NCBI GenBank assembly: GCA_036679605.1
Contig: JAZDCZ010000247.1
Location: 32,001-96,000, forward strand
Length of the DNA stretch: 64,000 nt
Direction of reading: 5' to 3'
DNA from: Gemmatimonadota bacterium
GTDB taxonomy: Bacteria; Gemmatimonadota; Gemmatimonadetes; Gemmatimonadales; GWC2-71-9
Position numbers and translations under genes: made by a program. Position 1 is the first letter of the stretch, and the number at the start of each line of letters is the position of its first letter. Below are positions 31,480 to 41,176 of the stretch, piece by piece. The notes under the pieces are model-generated. The model was not told where the DNA came from. It worked only from the letters and a program-made list of their open reading frames with translations, and did no database searches.

Positions 31480-33057
31480 ATGCGTCAGAAATGCCCAATA
31501 AAGCCTCGTTTTATGCAAGCACTCGGCGTCGTCGTTGCTGTCGGTTTCATGGTCGCGTGCGGTGAGTTCACCGGTAGTTCTCCGGAGGGACCGTCGTTGG
31601 CCCAGCAGGCTGCGGACGTCGAAGTTGCCCTCAGCCAAGAGGGGGACTACGATGCCTGGTTGTTGCAGGTGGCGAAACGGGTCCCGGGGTTCGCCGGTGT
31701 TTACCTCGATGGTGATGGAAACCTAGAAATCGCCTTGACTGACTTGTCACGGGAATCGTTAGCGAGACAAGCGATAGCTCCCCTTCGCGCCGATCGTCCA
31801 GGAATCGGAGACGGGAGAGCTGTATTGGTGGAGTTCAACTTCGAGGAGCTGGCCACGTGGCGTGACCGCGTCGTGGGTGGCATTGACAACCTCGACGGTC
31901 TAGTATTTTTAGATGTCAACGAGGGATTGAATCGACTCGTACTGGGAGTCACAACGCCGGAGAAGGGTCTGAGTATCACGCGAGAGCTAGCTTCCCTTGG
32001 TATTCCCGAGTCCGCGACAATAGTAACGGCGGTTGGTGTGCTGCAGTCGCAGAGCCACACGCTGAATTCGCATCTAGACACGGCCCAGGGTGGACTTCAG
32101 GTTTTTCGCACACTCATTGACGACTGTACCCTAGGGTTCAACGGGATTTACCAGGGACAACGCATATTCACGACAGCATCCCACTGCAGCTCGACGTTGG
32201 CGGGGTTCGATCCCGTTGATCGTTGGGGGCAGCCCACATTGGCTTATCCAATTGGCTATGAGTATGCGGACCCGTTTTGGCGATACTACCCGGCATGCCC
32301 AGGTTGGTTCAGGTGCCGAGAGTCTGACGTGACCCTCGGTCGGTACGATCCCGGCGTCGACGCAGAGGTTGGTGTCATCGCGAGACCAATAGGTGAGGGT
32401 TCAAGGGTTATCGACCATTCGCAGCCCAAGTACTTCGTCACTGGCGGATGGTGGTGGCCTCAGCAAGGCCAAGGGGTGCGAATGATCGGGCAGACGAGCG
32501 GTCAGCAGACTGGCGACATTACAAACACATGCGTCCTCGTACCCGAATCATCCAACTGGTTTACGTGTCAATACTTAGCCGACTACGAGAGCAGAGGGGG
32601 TGATAGCGGCGCTCCGATTCTCATTCTGGCTGCTGACTCATCGCACGTCGAGATTGCGGGCACTCATAAAGGGGAGACAACGACATCATTAGCCGTATTC
32701 AGCCCGTGGCAAGGCATACAAGGAGATTTCGGGTTTATTGAGACGGAGTATGATCCCGTGGTAGACCCACCCCCTCCGTTCACCCTCACAGTGACGATCG
32801 AGGGCCCGAGTCAGGTGAAGCCAAACGAGCTTTGCACATGGTACAGCACTGTCTCTGGCGGAACTCCACCGTACCAGTATCAGTGGTACCGCCCACCCGC
32901 GAGTCCCATCCCCGGCGCCACGGGCCCTGAGGTCACGCTCAACACGGGGACATCCAACTTCCAGCTCAGGCTTGTGGTGTTGGACCCGCCTTCCGGTTCA
33001 GGCGCCGACACGGTATCGGTAACCGTTACGGCAGGGGCAATGCAATGCTTCATCTAG
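31480..33057 (+). CDS. Lipoprotein S1 (chymotrypsin/alpha-lytic-like) serine protease with pro-region and C-terminal Ig/PKD-like domain
   Basis: Lipobox MVAC, CTLGF, TASHC (His), GDSGAP (Ser), Pro linker, SGGTPPYQYQW. Confidence 0.82.
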   Translation: MRQKCPIKPRFMQALGVVVAVGFMVACGEFTGSSPEGPSLAQQAADVEVALSQEGDYDAWLLQVAKRVPGFAGVYLDGDGNLEIALTDLSRESLARQAIAPLRADRPGIGDGRAVLVEFNFEELATWRDRVVGGIDNLDGLVFLDVNEGLNRLVLGVTTPEKGLSITRELASLGIPESATIVTAVGVLQSQSHTLNSHLDTAQGGLQVFRTLIDDCTLGFNGIYQGQRIFTTASHCSSTLAGFDPVDRWGQPTLAYPIGYEYADPFWRYYPACPGWFRCRESDVTLGRYDPGVDAEVGVIARPIGEGSRVIDHSQPKYFVTGGWWWPQQGQGVRMIGQTSGQQTGDITNTCVLVPESSNWFTCQYLADYESRGGDSGAPILILAADSSHVEIAGTHKGETTTSLAVFSPWQGIQGDFGFIETEYDPVVDPPPPFTLTVTIEGPSQVKPNELCTWYSTVSGGTPPYQYQWYRPPASPIPGATGPEVTLNTGTSNFQLRLVVLDPPSGSGADTVSVTVTAGAMQCFI

Positions 33058-33181
33058 GGCGTTTGGGCATTTCGATCTTCGACCAAGTGCCGGACCCAGA
33101 GAGGATGACTGTCGGAACCACCTTCCAGACAGCCTTGCTGCACCGCGAGCGCACTGCCTTGCATGAAGAGCAGGCACTTAT

Positions 33182-33688
33182 TTGAAGAACCCTACGAACT
33201 CGCCCAAGCTAACACCCGGTGGTACTATCGCCGCCGTACGGTGGCTGGTGGTAGTCAGCGTTCTCGCGGTTCCCGCAATCGCCACGTCGTGCGATGGTCC
33301 AGAACTCGTCGAGCGACGAGGCTCCATCATGGATCGGGATGGCGCGGTCGTGCTGGAGCTACCAGCGGAATTCCAGGTCAATCAACCAGGCACAGTGGCG
33401 GTAACCACATTCGGGAACGGCTGTGTCAGCTTTGCGCGCACCGAAGTCACCGTACAGGGCCTGATCGCCACCGTCGAACCGTATGACTATGACGACGCCT
33501 TGAGACAAGACCTAACCGCTCTGGCGGTTTGCAATGACGTTGGACGGAGCTTCCGGCATCCTGCGGATCTGGTCTTCGCCACAACCGGGGAAGCCACGAT
33601 CCAGTTCACGGGGTTGCACGAATGGTTGGACAGCGTTGGCTGGCACGATTCGATCATTACGGTCGAGCGGCGGGTCCCGGTGCGCTAA
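33182..33688 (+). CDS. Lipoprotein, paralog B; start uncertain
   Basis: Lipobox ATSC; mature part colinear with 30145-30555. Confidence 0.72.
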   Translation: MKNPTNSPKLTPGGTIAAVRWLVVVSVLAVPAIATSCDGPELVERRGSIMDRDGAVVLELPAEFQVNQPGTVAVTTFGNGCVSFARTEVTVQGLIATVEPYDYDDALRQDLTALAVCNDVGRSFRHPADLVFATTGEATIQFTGLHEWLDSVGWHDSIITVERRVPVR

Positions 33689-33797
33689 TCGCCACGTGCC
33701 GCATTCTTGCATACAACGTGTTGCCAGACAGCTATTATGCGATGATCAACGACGTTCACCATTTGTGGTGAACATTCAGCCAGCCCATTCGCGAGTT

Positions 33798-34134
33798 ATG
33801 AAGCGTGCACTAAGGAGGGTTGCGGTGCTCAAGAAGTCATTCAGAACAGTTCGAGGGCTGCTGTGTTGGGCAATCATATCCGGCACTCAGGCCGTAAGCT
33901 ACGATCTTCGAGCACAAGAGGCGCGTTCTCTCAATGAGCTGCCGCCGACATTCTCCGGATTAGACTATCTGCGCACTCCACAAGAAATAGAGACGGCTGC
34001 AGCGGGTAACTAGGAGCATTGAAATCGCATTCTGCTTCAATGGGTCGCGTCGGGCCGTTTTCACCTGGTGCCATTGGTGATAGGGCTGTGCGCGTGAGGA
34101 TCGAATTCCCATTGAAGCTTGAGTTCGTCAACTA
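33798..34134 (+). pseudogene. Possible decayed TonB-C-terminal-domain protein
   Basis: Signal-peptide-like start, then after a stop and frame change FSPGAIGDRAVRVRIEFPLKLE, resembling a TonB C-terminus. Confidence 0.3.
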
Positions 34135-34358
34135 ACTCTTTGTCCTTCTGCATAGGCATCCTAGGGGCATGGCGTCCCAGCGCTGCCAAGATCGCCGCCA
34201 GAGAATCCACCGCAACGCCGCTCTTTCGCAGGTGCATTCAGTGTTCCTATTGGATTATCTTGAAAAGAACGTGTCTCAAGAGAGGACGTATGGCGAAGAA
34301 ACGTTTGCCAGTGGAGCAGGGGAACCCTGTCCCCCACCCCGAGCCATGCACCAACGCC

Positions 34359-34835
34359 ATGCTCTCCCGGTTCAGAGTGGCTACGTCGTCTCTTGCGCTG
34401 AGCACCGCTGTGCTCGTCGTCGCCTGCGCAGGGCCGAGCGGCCCCTCGCTCGACGAGCTGGAGCGAGCCCCTCAGACGCAATTCATAGATGGCCATGCAT
34501 ACGCGTTGCGCGTGGATCTCTGGCGGGACTTCCAGCCGGGCGGGCCACCGAGCGGCCTTATTGCTCTCGTCGAACTCGTTGAGCGGGATTCCCTCGCAAT
34601 CCCGAGCGGCGTGGATGTGGACCATTTGTGGGTCTGGGGTGGAGCAGAGCTCTGGGAGGCGTCTCTAGTCGACGAGGGACACATCTCCTCGCCGTGGATT
34701 CTTGTGCGACTGGGCCGTGATGGACCGTCGTGGGAGACGGGACGCGCGGTGGACGTTGCGGTCCGCATTGTTACTGATGCGGGAATCAGTCACTTGTTGC
34801 GACTGGCGAACCAAACCACGAAGGCCGTGGGTTGA
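34359..34835 (+). CDS. Lipoprotein, hypothetical
   Basis: Lipobox VVAC; LWRDFQPG and GPSWETG motifs. Confidence 0.68.
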   Translation: MLSRFRVATSSLALSTAVLVVACAGPSGPSLDELERAPQTQFIDGHAYALRVDLWRDFQPGGPPSGLIALVELVERDSLAIPSGVDVDHLWVWGGAELWEASLVDEGHISSPWILVRLGRDGPSWETGRAVDVAVRIVTDAGISHLLRLANQTTKAVG

Positions 34836-34937
34836 GGGGCAGCTACCTAATAAGCAACTGGACTTGGCGAGGGCAGTACGTTTGGAAAGGACTGTCGTTG
34901 ATGACCACTGAGCCTGATTCCACTTCCTCAGCCGCCT

Positions 34938-35109
34938 CTACCTTCTGCGTGGTGTCCTCGGCGTGACCACCTCCTTTGAACCGTCGGAAGAACTGACCTA
35001 GGCTCACATCCAGCGCCGGCTAGATCGCCGCCAGGGTCTCCACCGTAACGCCGCTCTCACCGCGTTCGAGCCTATCCACATAGGTACGGTGCACCCCTGC
35101 CTGGCGCAC
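34938..35109 (-). pseudogene. XRE-family HTH gene 3' half, copy 1 of 3
   Basis: AGVHRTYVDRLERGESGVTVETLAAI*...SLGQFF; internal stop and frameshift. Confidence 0.75.
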
Positions 35110-35187
35110 GTCTTTTCTTTAGTATGTTGCCATGTCGCGGGGGCGGTGTAGCATATGGAGATATGTTGGACAGTCCGTTCATGAGTC

Positions 35188-35964
35188 ATGTTTGAGAAAC
35201 AAATGAAAAGCCTGTACGATTTCCCGGAAGTGTACGATCAGATCCTATGCCATGACGCAGAGACGGTAGCACGGGAAGTCAAAACCATCATGGATCTCCT
35301 GGGCACTCGCGGAATCATTCAAGGACGTATTCTTGAACTGGCCTGCGGAAGTTGTTCCCACTCGATCTCGTTGGCCAAAGCCGGCTTTGAGACCGCGGGA
35401 CTTGATCTCTCGGAGCAAATGCTCAACGGTGCGAGGAAAAAGGCCTCCGATGCCGGCGTCAACATCGATCTGCAGCAAGGGAACATTATCGATTTCGATC
35501 TTGGGCAGAAATATGACTGCATCATCTTCATGTCCGAGACATTTCCGCTAATCGCCGAGCATCAAGATCTGAAGTCCCACTTTGCAGCAGTGCGTCGTCA
35601 TCTCCGAACCGGCGGAGTGTATGTCATTGACGTAGATTCTCACAAACATGGCGTCGGTACCGAGTACGAGGTGTGGGGGAAGAGGACAAACCAGATTGAA
35701 GGCGGAACGGTCGATATCTGGCATGAGAGCTTTCCCGGAGACTGGGTCAAAGGGACCTCTCGAATGACCATGCACTGCCGGATTCATATGGATGGACATA
35801 CATATGAAACGTCAGACGAGTGGGCCCTCAGAGTTGACAGCCCTTGGAATCTCAAGGTTCTCATCGAGTCGCTGCCAGATTGGTCGTTGGAAGGATTCTT
35901 CTCGTGGCGTAATTCGAGCCAGGATATATCGGAAGAGAAGCACTACTTCATGGTTGTGAGATAG
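35188..35964 (+). CDS. Class I SAM-dependent methyltransferase
   Basis: ILELACGS, GLDLSEQML, HLRTGGVYVID. Confidence 0.85.
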   Translation: MFEKQMKSLYDFPEVYDQILCHDAETVAREVKTIMDLLGTRGIIQGRILELACGSCSHSISLAKAGFETAGLDLSEQMLNGARKKASDAGVNIDLQQGNIIDFDLGQKYDCIIFMSETFPLIAEHQDLKSHFAAVRRHLRTGGVYVIDVDSHKHGVGTEYEVWGKRTNQIEGGTVDIWHESFPGDWVKGTSRMTMHCRIHMDGHTYETSDEWALRVDSPWNLKVLIESLPDWSLEGFFSWRNSSQDISEEKHYFMVVR

Positions 35965-36066
35965 AAATACATAACGCCCATAAGGCCTCTGGTGTCAGCG
36001 CGGCCTAACCTCATTAAGCAGGTTCCTGTCAAGCGCCTGTAGTTCTTCTTCGCCCGAGCCGCGAGC

Positions 36067-36222
36067 CTAGCCCCGCCGCCTAGGTGTCCTCGGTGTCACG
36101 AACTCCTTGAACAGTCTAGAAAACTGACCTAGTTTCACATCCAGGACAGCCAAGATGCACGCCAGAGCTTCCACCGTAACGCCGCTCTCACAGCGTTCTA
36201 ACCTACCCACATAGGTACGGTG
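36067..36222 (-). pseudogene. XRE-family HTH gene 3' half, copy 2 of 3
   Basis: HRTYVGRLERCESGVTVEALACILAVLDVKLGQF...PRTPRRRG*. Confidence 0.75.
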
Positions 36223-36357
36223 CGTACGCCGCTAAGGAAGTCGTTAGTTTGTGCGGCTGACGTTGATGCGCGTAAATTCACTAGTAACCGTGGCTGGCGG
36301 GCGAGGTCGCTCGCGAGTCATTGGCTGTTCGATTATGTCCCGCGCCAGAAAGACAGA

Positions 36358-37359
36358 ATGGCCACAGTATCTAGGTATCTTCGCGAGACTTCCCTGATCA
36401 AGGCTGAGGCGGTTCTCAGCCTGCCCGACGGCAGCCGTGTGCGGGCAATCTCGGAACGCGAAGCCACGCAAATGGCGGCTGAGATCCGGAAGCGCAACCT
36501 CTTCTCCCGACATTCATGGGAAAACGACTTCTACTACAACCGTGCCCTGAGCTTCGGCGGCAAGACGGTCATCGAGGTCTTTCGAACCGGGCAGCCAAAC
36601 GACATCGCGGCCGAGGTCGCTTCCGTTGCGGAGTGGGGTGAAACCGTGGCTCTCTTGTCAGTGACTCTCGCAACAGAGCGCAAGACCTTCCTCCGCCGCG
36701 TGGGTGGTGGACCGGTTGAACGGACCGAGATCGACCTGATACTCGGCCCGGATCTCCGCCACCTACGTTCCAAGTCGCGCGTGGCTCCCAAGCGCACTGG
36801 ATTTCCGTTGACTCGGCAAGCCGTGACGAGATTCGAGCGTCTTGGCTTCTCGAAACTGTACACCTTACTGACTACCCAAAGCCCGTTTAGCGCCCGGTTA
36901 AGACGGGCGGCCGGTTGGCTTTCTGAGTCTCGACGGGAGCCAAACCTCGAAGCAGCGGTGGTCAAGAGCGTCATATCGCTCGAATCGCTCCTGATCCTCG
37001 GAGAATCAGAACCTCTTAGCCGTTCGCTGTCGGAACGATCGGCGTTTCTTCTGTCCCCACTGCCTGAGACCCGCCGGCGTGTGGGCACCCTTGTTGGCAG
37101 GCTCTATGAGGTCCGGAGCGGGATCGTCCACGGAGGACGCCGGAAGCGAAAGAACCTCACGCCACGTCTGCTTGAGGCGTGCGATCGGTTGGCCGTACTC
37201 CTCCTTATGGTAACGGCGCACAATAGCGACAGCTGGGTTGACGAAGACGGGTTCCGGCGGTGGGTAGGTGATGAGCGGTGGGGCCCGCCGTCACGCCTGG
37301 TTCTGCCGTTCCCACCGGTGTATCTGTCGCGAGCGCTGGGGCTCGGGGAGCGGTCATAG
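36358..37359 (+). CDS. ApeA-like HEPN domain protein (putative RNase/defence effector)
   Basis: C-terminal ISLESLL...LSERSAFLL...LYEVRSGIVHGG (Rx4H). Confidence 0.75.
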   Translation: MATVSRYLRETSLIKAEAVLSLPDGSRVRAISEREATQMAAEIRKRNLFSRHSWENDFYYNRALSFGGKTVIEVFRTGQPNDIAAEVASVAEWGETVALLSVTLATERKTFLRRVGGGPVERTEIDLILGPDLRHLRSKSRVAPKRTGFPLTRQAVTRFERLGFSKLYTLLTTQSPFSARLRRAAGWLSESRREPNLEAAVVKSVISLESLLILGESEPLSRSLSERSAFLLSPLPETRRRVGTLVGRLYEVRSGIVHGGRRKRKNLTPRLLEACDRLAVLLLMVTAHNSDSWVDEDGFRRWVGDERWGPPSRLVLPFPPVYLSRALGLGERS

Positions 37360-37624
37360 CTCATCGCGTTTCTCTCTCGTGCCCCGACCGCGCGTGTCCA
37401 CCTCCGTACCCGCGGCTGGCGCTGACGTCCAACATGGAGTTCCATGGCCGTATCCTAGAGGGAGCCTCTGCCTTGCTGCAAGTATATAACCCCGGAAGTT
37501 TTTGTGCTTCCTAGGTGCGTGCGAACCTATGTACGGCCACTATTTTACTGGGGAGCGGGTGTTCTACAGAAACGATTATTTGTGTTGAACAAGCTTTCGT
37601 AAACGCTCTATTGGCGAATGATTT

Positions 37625-38251
37625 CTAAGGACGCGTTACGTCCGCCGCAGAGTAGCGCGGCAGCATTGCACCATCCTTATAAGCTCGGAGTGCGTCGATA
37701 AGGCAGCTTCGAAAACGGTTCACGACTCCGCTTCTAACTGGGTCATCAACATCGCGAAACGATTTTTCTGCATCGCAATGCTCGTCCAGTCTGGCCCTGA
37801 CTGCAGCCGCGCGCCTTTCCAGTATCAGTTGCGGGCGATTGAGATACAGCTTTTCGATCATGTAGATGCCAGCTGAGACAATACTCTTCGCCATGTGCGA
37901 CTCCCGGTCAACAGAAAGGAAGTCTCCATAACATCGTCTAGATGGGTTTACGTAGCCAGCCAGCGAGATGTCATTGTCCTTGGAACCGTTTGGCCAATCG
38001 TTACCCTTGAACGTGTTACAAATCGCACACGCAAAGAAGAGATTCGCATAGTCGTCCGTGAGGTCAACAAACTTCGATCTAGGCCGAAAATGCTCGACAT
38101 GAAAATTTCTAATCCCACCGAAAGAAGCGTCATGGATGGCGCAATAAACGCATTGATGCTTCGCCTCCTCGGCCAGATGCGGCTTCCAGTCTCGGTACGA
38201 CCCAGTAGTCGGCCTATTCGACGCTTCCTTCGGTATCCTCCTCCACTCCAT
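37625..38251 (-). CDS. HNH endonuclease
   Basis: CVYC...HVEHFRP...YANLFFACAICNTFK. Confidence 0.88.
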   Translation of the reverse strand: MEWRRIPKEASNRPTTGSYRDWKPHLAEEAKHQCVYCAIHDASFGGIRNFHVEHFRPRSKFVDLTDDYANLFFACAICNTFKGNDWPNGSKDNDISLAGYVNPSRRCYGDFLSVDRESHMAKSIVSAGIYMIEKLYLNRPQLILERRAAAVRARLDEHCDAEKSFRDVDDPVRSGVVNRFRSCLIDALRAYKDGAMLPRYSAADVTRP

Positions 38252-38912
38252 CGCCTTGCCCTTTCACCCTGTTCTCAGATAGTCTCTGTCGTATTGTTTC
38301 AAGCTCCGCTAAGCTCGCCTCCATCTGGTCGAGCCAACTCGCGCGATCGTAGAGCTCATCCACCACGAAAGCCAGTTCCATTTTCTGTTGAAGCGACCTG
38401 GCCTCCTTTAGATCTTCCTCGGACGCATCGCCAAGTGCTACCTTCCGGGCGATTCGCCCCAATTCTTCCAGTTCCTTCTGATTCTCCTCCCAGAATCTCG
38501 TACCAGCCCGGACGAAACGATCCGTGTAACCCTTGGCACCACGTGCAAATCCCTCGCGGTTGACGACGTCTTCCACAGCACCAAATCGCTCGCTCAAGGC
38601 CTCGTCGTCATCCCATCCGGTAACAACGAAGATCGGAAATGTCGGCAATCTAGCACGGATGAAATCGACGACATCATGTCCGTCGTAGGTCACAGGTTGC
38701 GCCCCTTCCTCAACTTGTTCCCTCAACCTTTCGTCTAGCACAAGGACTACGATCTCATGCTCCGTGAGCCAGCTAGGGTAGTAATCAAGCCTCTCCAGCG
38801 GCGCGCTGTCTTCACACGTCCATGTTGCATGCTGCCGTAAGTAACGACTAATACGACGGGATATGGTCTGCCGGACATCCGATCGATCGTCTATGACGCC
38901 TATTGCGGGCAT
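38214..38912 (-). CDS. Receiver (REC) domain protein with helical C-terminus
   Basis: IGVIDD, VLVLDERL (phosphoacceptor Asp), DGHDVV, IFVVTG; no recognisable DNA-binding output. Confidence 0.78.
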   Translation of the reverse strand: MPAIGVIDDRSDVRQTISRRISRYLRQHATWTCEDSAPLERLDYYPSWLTEHEIVVLVLDERLREQVEEGAQPVTYDGHDVVDFIRARLPTFPIFVVTGWDDDEALSERFGAVEDVVNREGFARGAKGYTDRFVRAGTRFWEENQKELEELGRIARKVALGDASEEDLKEARSLQQKMELAFVVDELYDRASWLDQMEASLAELETIRQRLSENRVKGQGDGVEEDTEGSVE

Positions 38913-38917
38913 GTCCC

Positions 38918-41131
38918 CTATCTCTTTGGAATCCACACCGTAAACCGGGCACCCTCTAAACCAGGATCACGGTCTACCGTCCTTGCACCTGCCATGTCCT
39001 TCACGATCCAGTCAACGATCGTGAGCCCGAGCCCCGTCCCGATATCCTTCCCTGCCGCATCTCGCTTCGTTGTGAATAGTGGCTGCCAAATCGATTCTCG
39101 CAGCCCTCTCGCAACACCTGACCCGCTGTCAGACACTGCGATCTCAAACCCGGCCTTGCCGTCTCTTTTTCGCGATTTCAAGGTGACCGCGACGACTCGA
39201 GGCCTACGTCGCAGCTGGCAAGCCACATATGCGTTCGTCAGCAGGTTAAGCACGATAGCCTCAATGTCCATCGCAAAGGTGCGTGAAGTGATCGCTGACA
39301 AACGGTGCCTTAGCTGGATACTTGCTCCATCAAACACCGGCTTAAGCGATTCGATTAATTCGCGTAACAACTCGTTCACCGGCACCTTCCGTCGCTTTCT
39401 CTTGTCGCGCTTCATTCTAACCAAAGCGAACGCACCCCAGGCGCTTACCCGATCGCTGTACTTCAACACCTTGGCGATTTCTTCCACCGCGGCGTCAACG
39501 TTCGGTGGCGACTCCTGAAGCTGCTCCGACGCTGCATATGAAGCATTCGTCATGCCACCTATCGACACCTGAGTTTCGTGCGCAAATGCCGAGCTGGCTA
39601 TTCCCAGGGTCGCCAAACCTCTCAAGACCCCCGCCTGGGACATCAGCTCCCCAACCGACGCACGCGTCATCTTCACGTCCGTCGCAAGAACAGCCACCTG
39701 ATCCAACGCGCGCTTCATTGGCACCACAACTGACTCGGGCACCGTCTTCTCAATGCGCTTCAAGCTGCGTTGTAGTTCAGTGAGATCTCGCTCGACCGAA
39801 GCGATCTTTTGTGTCGCTTTCACAGGCACTTCCGCAGGCAGCGTCTTCTGATGCTCCTCATGCCTGTAGGCCTCTAGCAAAGTGACCGCTCCCAAGACAA
39901 TGCCCCGCAGCTCTGCATAGGCTTCTCCATGAATTAGCCCTTCACGCGACGCGCTGTCGGCAAGAGCCGCGTTCTTGTCCCTCCCGATAAACACCGCACC
40001 TACCGTCTGATTCGCTCCAATCTTGTATCGCCGCCGCGCGGGTCCAGTCGGTTCGCGCTGGCGTCTCTCGGCGAGGCCCAGCCAATCTCCATCGGGATGC
40101 TGCGCGTCACCGTAGGGACGTACGCGTATGTTATCTCGATATATTTTCACACCGGCATTGCGGTCGAGAAAATGACGCAAGTCGGTCAAGGTGACAGTCA
40201 TATCGCGTACAGCATCGGCCTCTCGCAAGTAGAACAATAGCTTCAAATCAAACGACCCCACAATTGGTCTTGCTTTCACAGCACTCTGCCTTCCTCCGCC
40301 TACTTGCTGATAAATCTGGTGCCACGGAATTCGTTTAATCGGCGCGCTCCTCGACTTGCCGCCAGTGTTGTCCGCGATCGAGTATGCAAGACGGCCATCG
40401 GCTGTTAGCTTCGCACTCAATATGATGCGTGCTATTTCATAGAAAGGCGACGTCACCTCGCCGTTCCATTGTTCATCGACATCATTGCTGAACAAAATGC
40501 GGAAGTCTTTTATTCTATTAAAAGGCGGCGTCAAGTACGACAATTCGTCGTAAAGATTCCTGACGTCATCAGGACTCCAGCCCTGACGCAGCTTGCGAAT
40601 CAGCAACTGTGTTCCACTCTTACTCACCTGCTCATTCATGTCCAACGGTGGGGTAAGGTCTGGGTCCTCCAATATCGAGAGCGGCACAGAGCCAATTTCG
40701 GATCCGTCAACGTCGAAACTATCCCAGTTTACACTCAGTCCGAAAAAGGGCGACCCTGTCTTTTTTGTTCTGAGTTCCAGCAAAGCACCCAGACGATCCG
40801 TGGAGATCCGCCCGATCCCTTTTTCGCCGGTCTTTCGGCGGCGTCGACCAGACATGCGAGTACGGCGCTTTTCGGAATATCCAATTCTTAGCCAGTTGTG
40901 ATCGATATCCTCCTCACTCATGCCGCATCCGTTATCAGAGACCATCACATGCGGATCACTACCCTTCGAGACGATCTGGACTTCCACGATAGTGGCGTCT
41001 GCATCGTAGCTGTTCTTCACGAGTTCGAGCACAGCGGTCGTGTGATCCTTGATGCTCTCCCGCCCGAGCGTGAGAATCGTGCGAGCGTCAACGCTGAATC
41101 TCTTATCGACCATCTTGTATTCTGTTGACAA
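38918..41131 (-). CDS. MORC/MutL-type GHKL ATPase fused to a C-terminal histidine kinase
   Basis: N-terminus: ELVKNSYDADA, DNGCGM, GEKGIGR. Middle: RVRPYG, DWLGL, SREGL and a coiled coil. C-terminus: FAHE, NLLTNA, DSGSG, PLFTTK, GTGLGL. Confidence 0.88.
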   Translation of the reverse strand: MSTEYKMVDKRFSVDARTILTLGRESIKDHTTAVLELVKNSYDADATIVEVQIVSKGSDPHVMVSDNGCGMSEEDIDHNWLRIGYSEKRRTRMSGRRRRKTGEKGIGRISTDRLGALLELRTKKTGSPFFGLSVNWDSFDVDGSEIGSVPLSILEDPDLTPPLDMNEQVSKSGTQLLIRKLRQGWSPDDVRNLYDELSYLTPPFNRIKDFRILFSNDVDEQWNGEVTSPFYEIARIILSAKLTADGRLAYSIADNTGGKSRSAPIKRIPWHQIYQQVGGGRQSAVKARPIVGSFDLKLLFYLREADAVRDMTVTLTDLRHFLDRNAGVKIYRDNIRVRPYGDAQHPDGDWLGLAERRQREPTGPARRRYKIGANQTVGAVFIGRDKNAALADSASREGLIHGEAYAELRGIVLGAVTLLEAYRHEEHQKTLPAEVPVKATQKIASVERDLTELQRSLKRIEKTVPESVVVPMKRALDQVAVLATDVKMTRASVGELMSQAGVLRGLATLGIASSAFAHETQVSIGGMTNASYAASEQLQESPPNVDAAVEEIAKVLKYSDRVSAWGAFALVRMKRDKRKRRKVPVNELLRELIESLKPVFDGASIQLRHRLSAITSRTFAMDIEAIVLNLLTNAYVACQLRRRPRVVAVTLKSRKRDGKAGFEIAVSDSGSGVARGLRESIWQPLFTTKRDAAGKDIGTGLGLTIVDWIVKDMAGARTVDRDPGLEGARFTVWIPKR

Positions 41132-41176
41132 ACACTATCATGATGCAGCTCATTTCATGACGCCAGTCGTCGGTCT

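Noticed and set aside
30145..33688. Possible diversity-generating retroelement template/variable repeat pair
   Set aside because: Mismatches involve all four bases rather than adenines of one copy, both copies are whole genes, and no reverse transcriptase is in the window.
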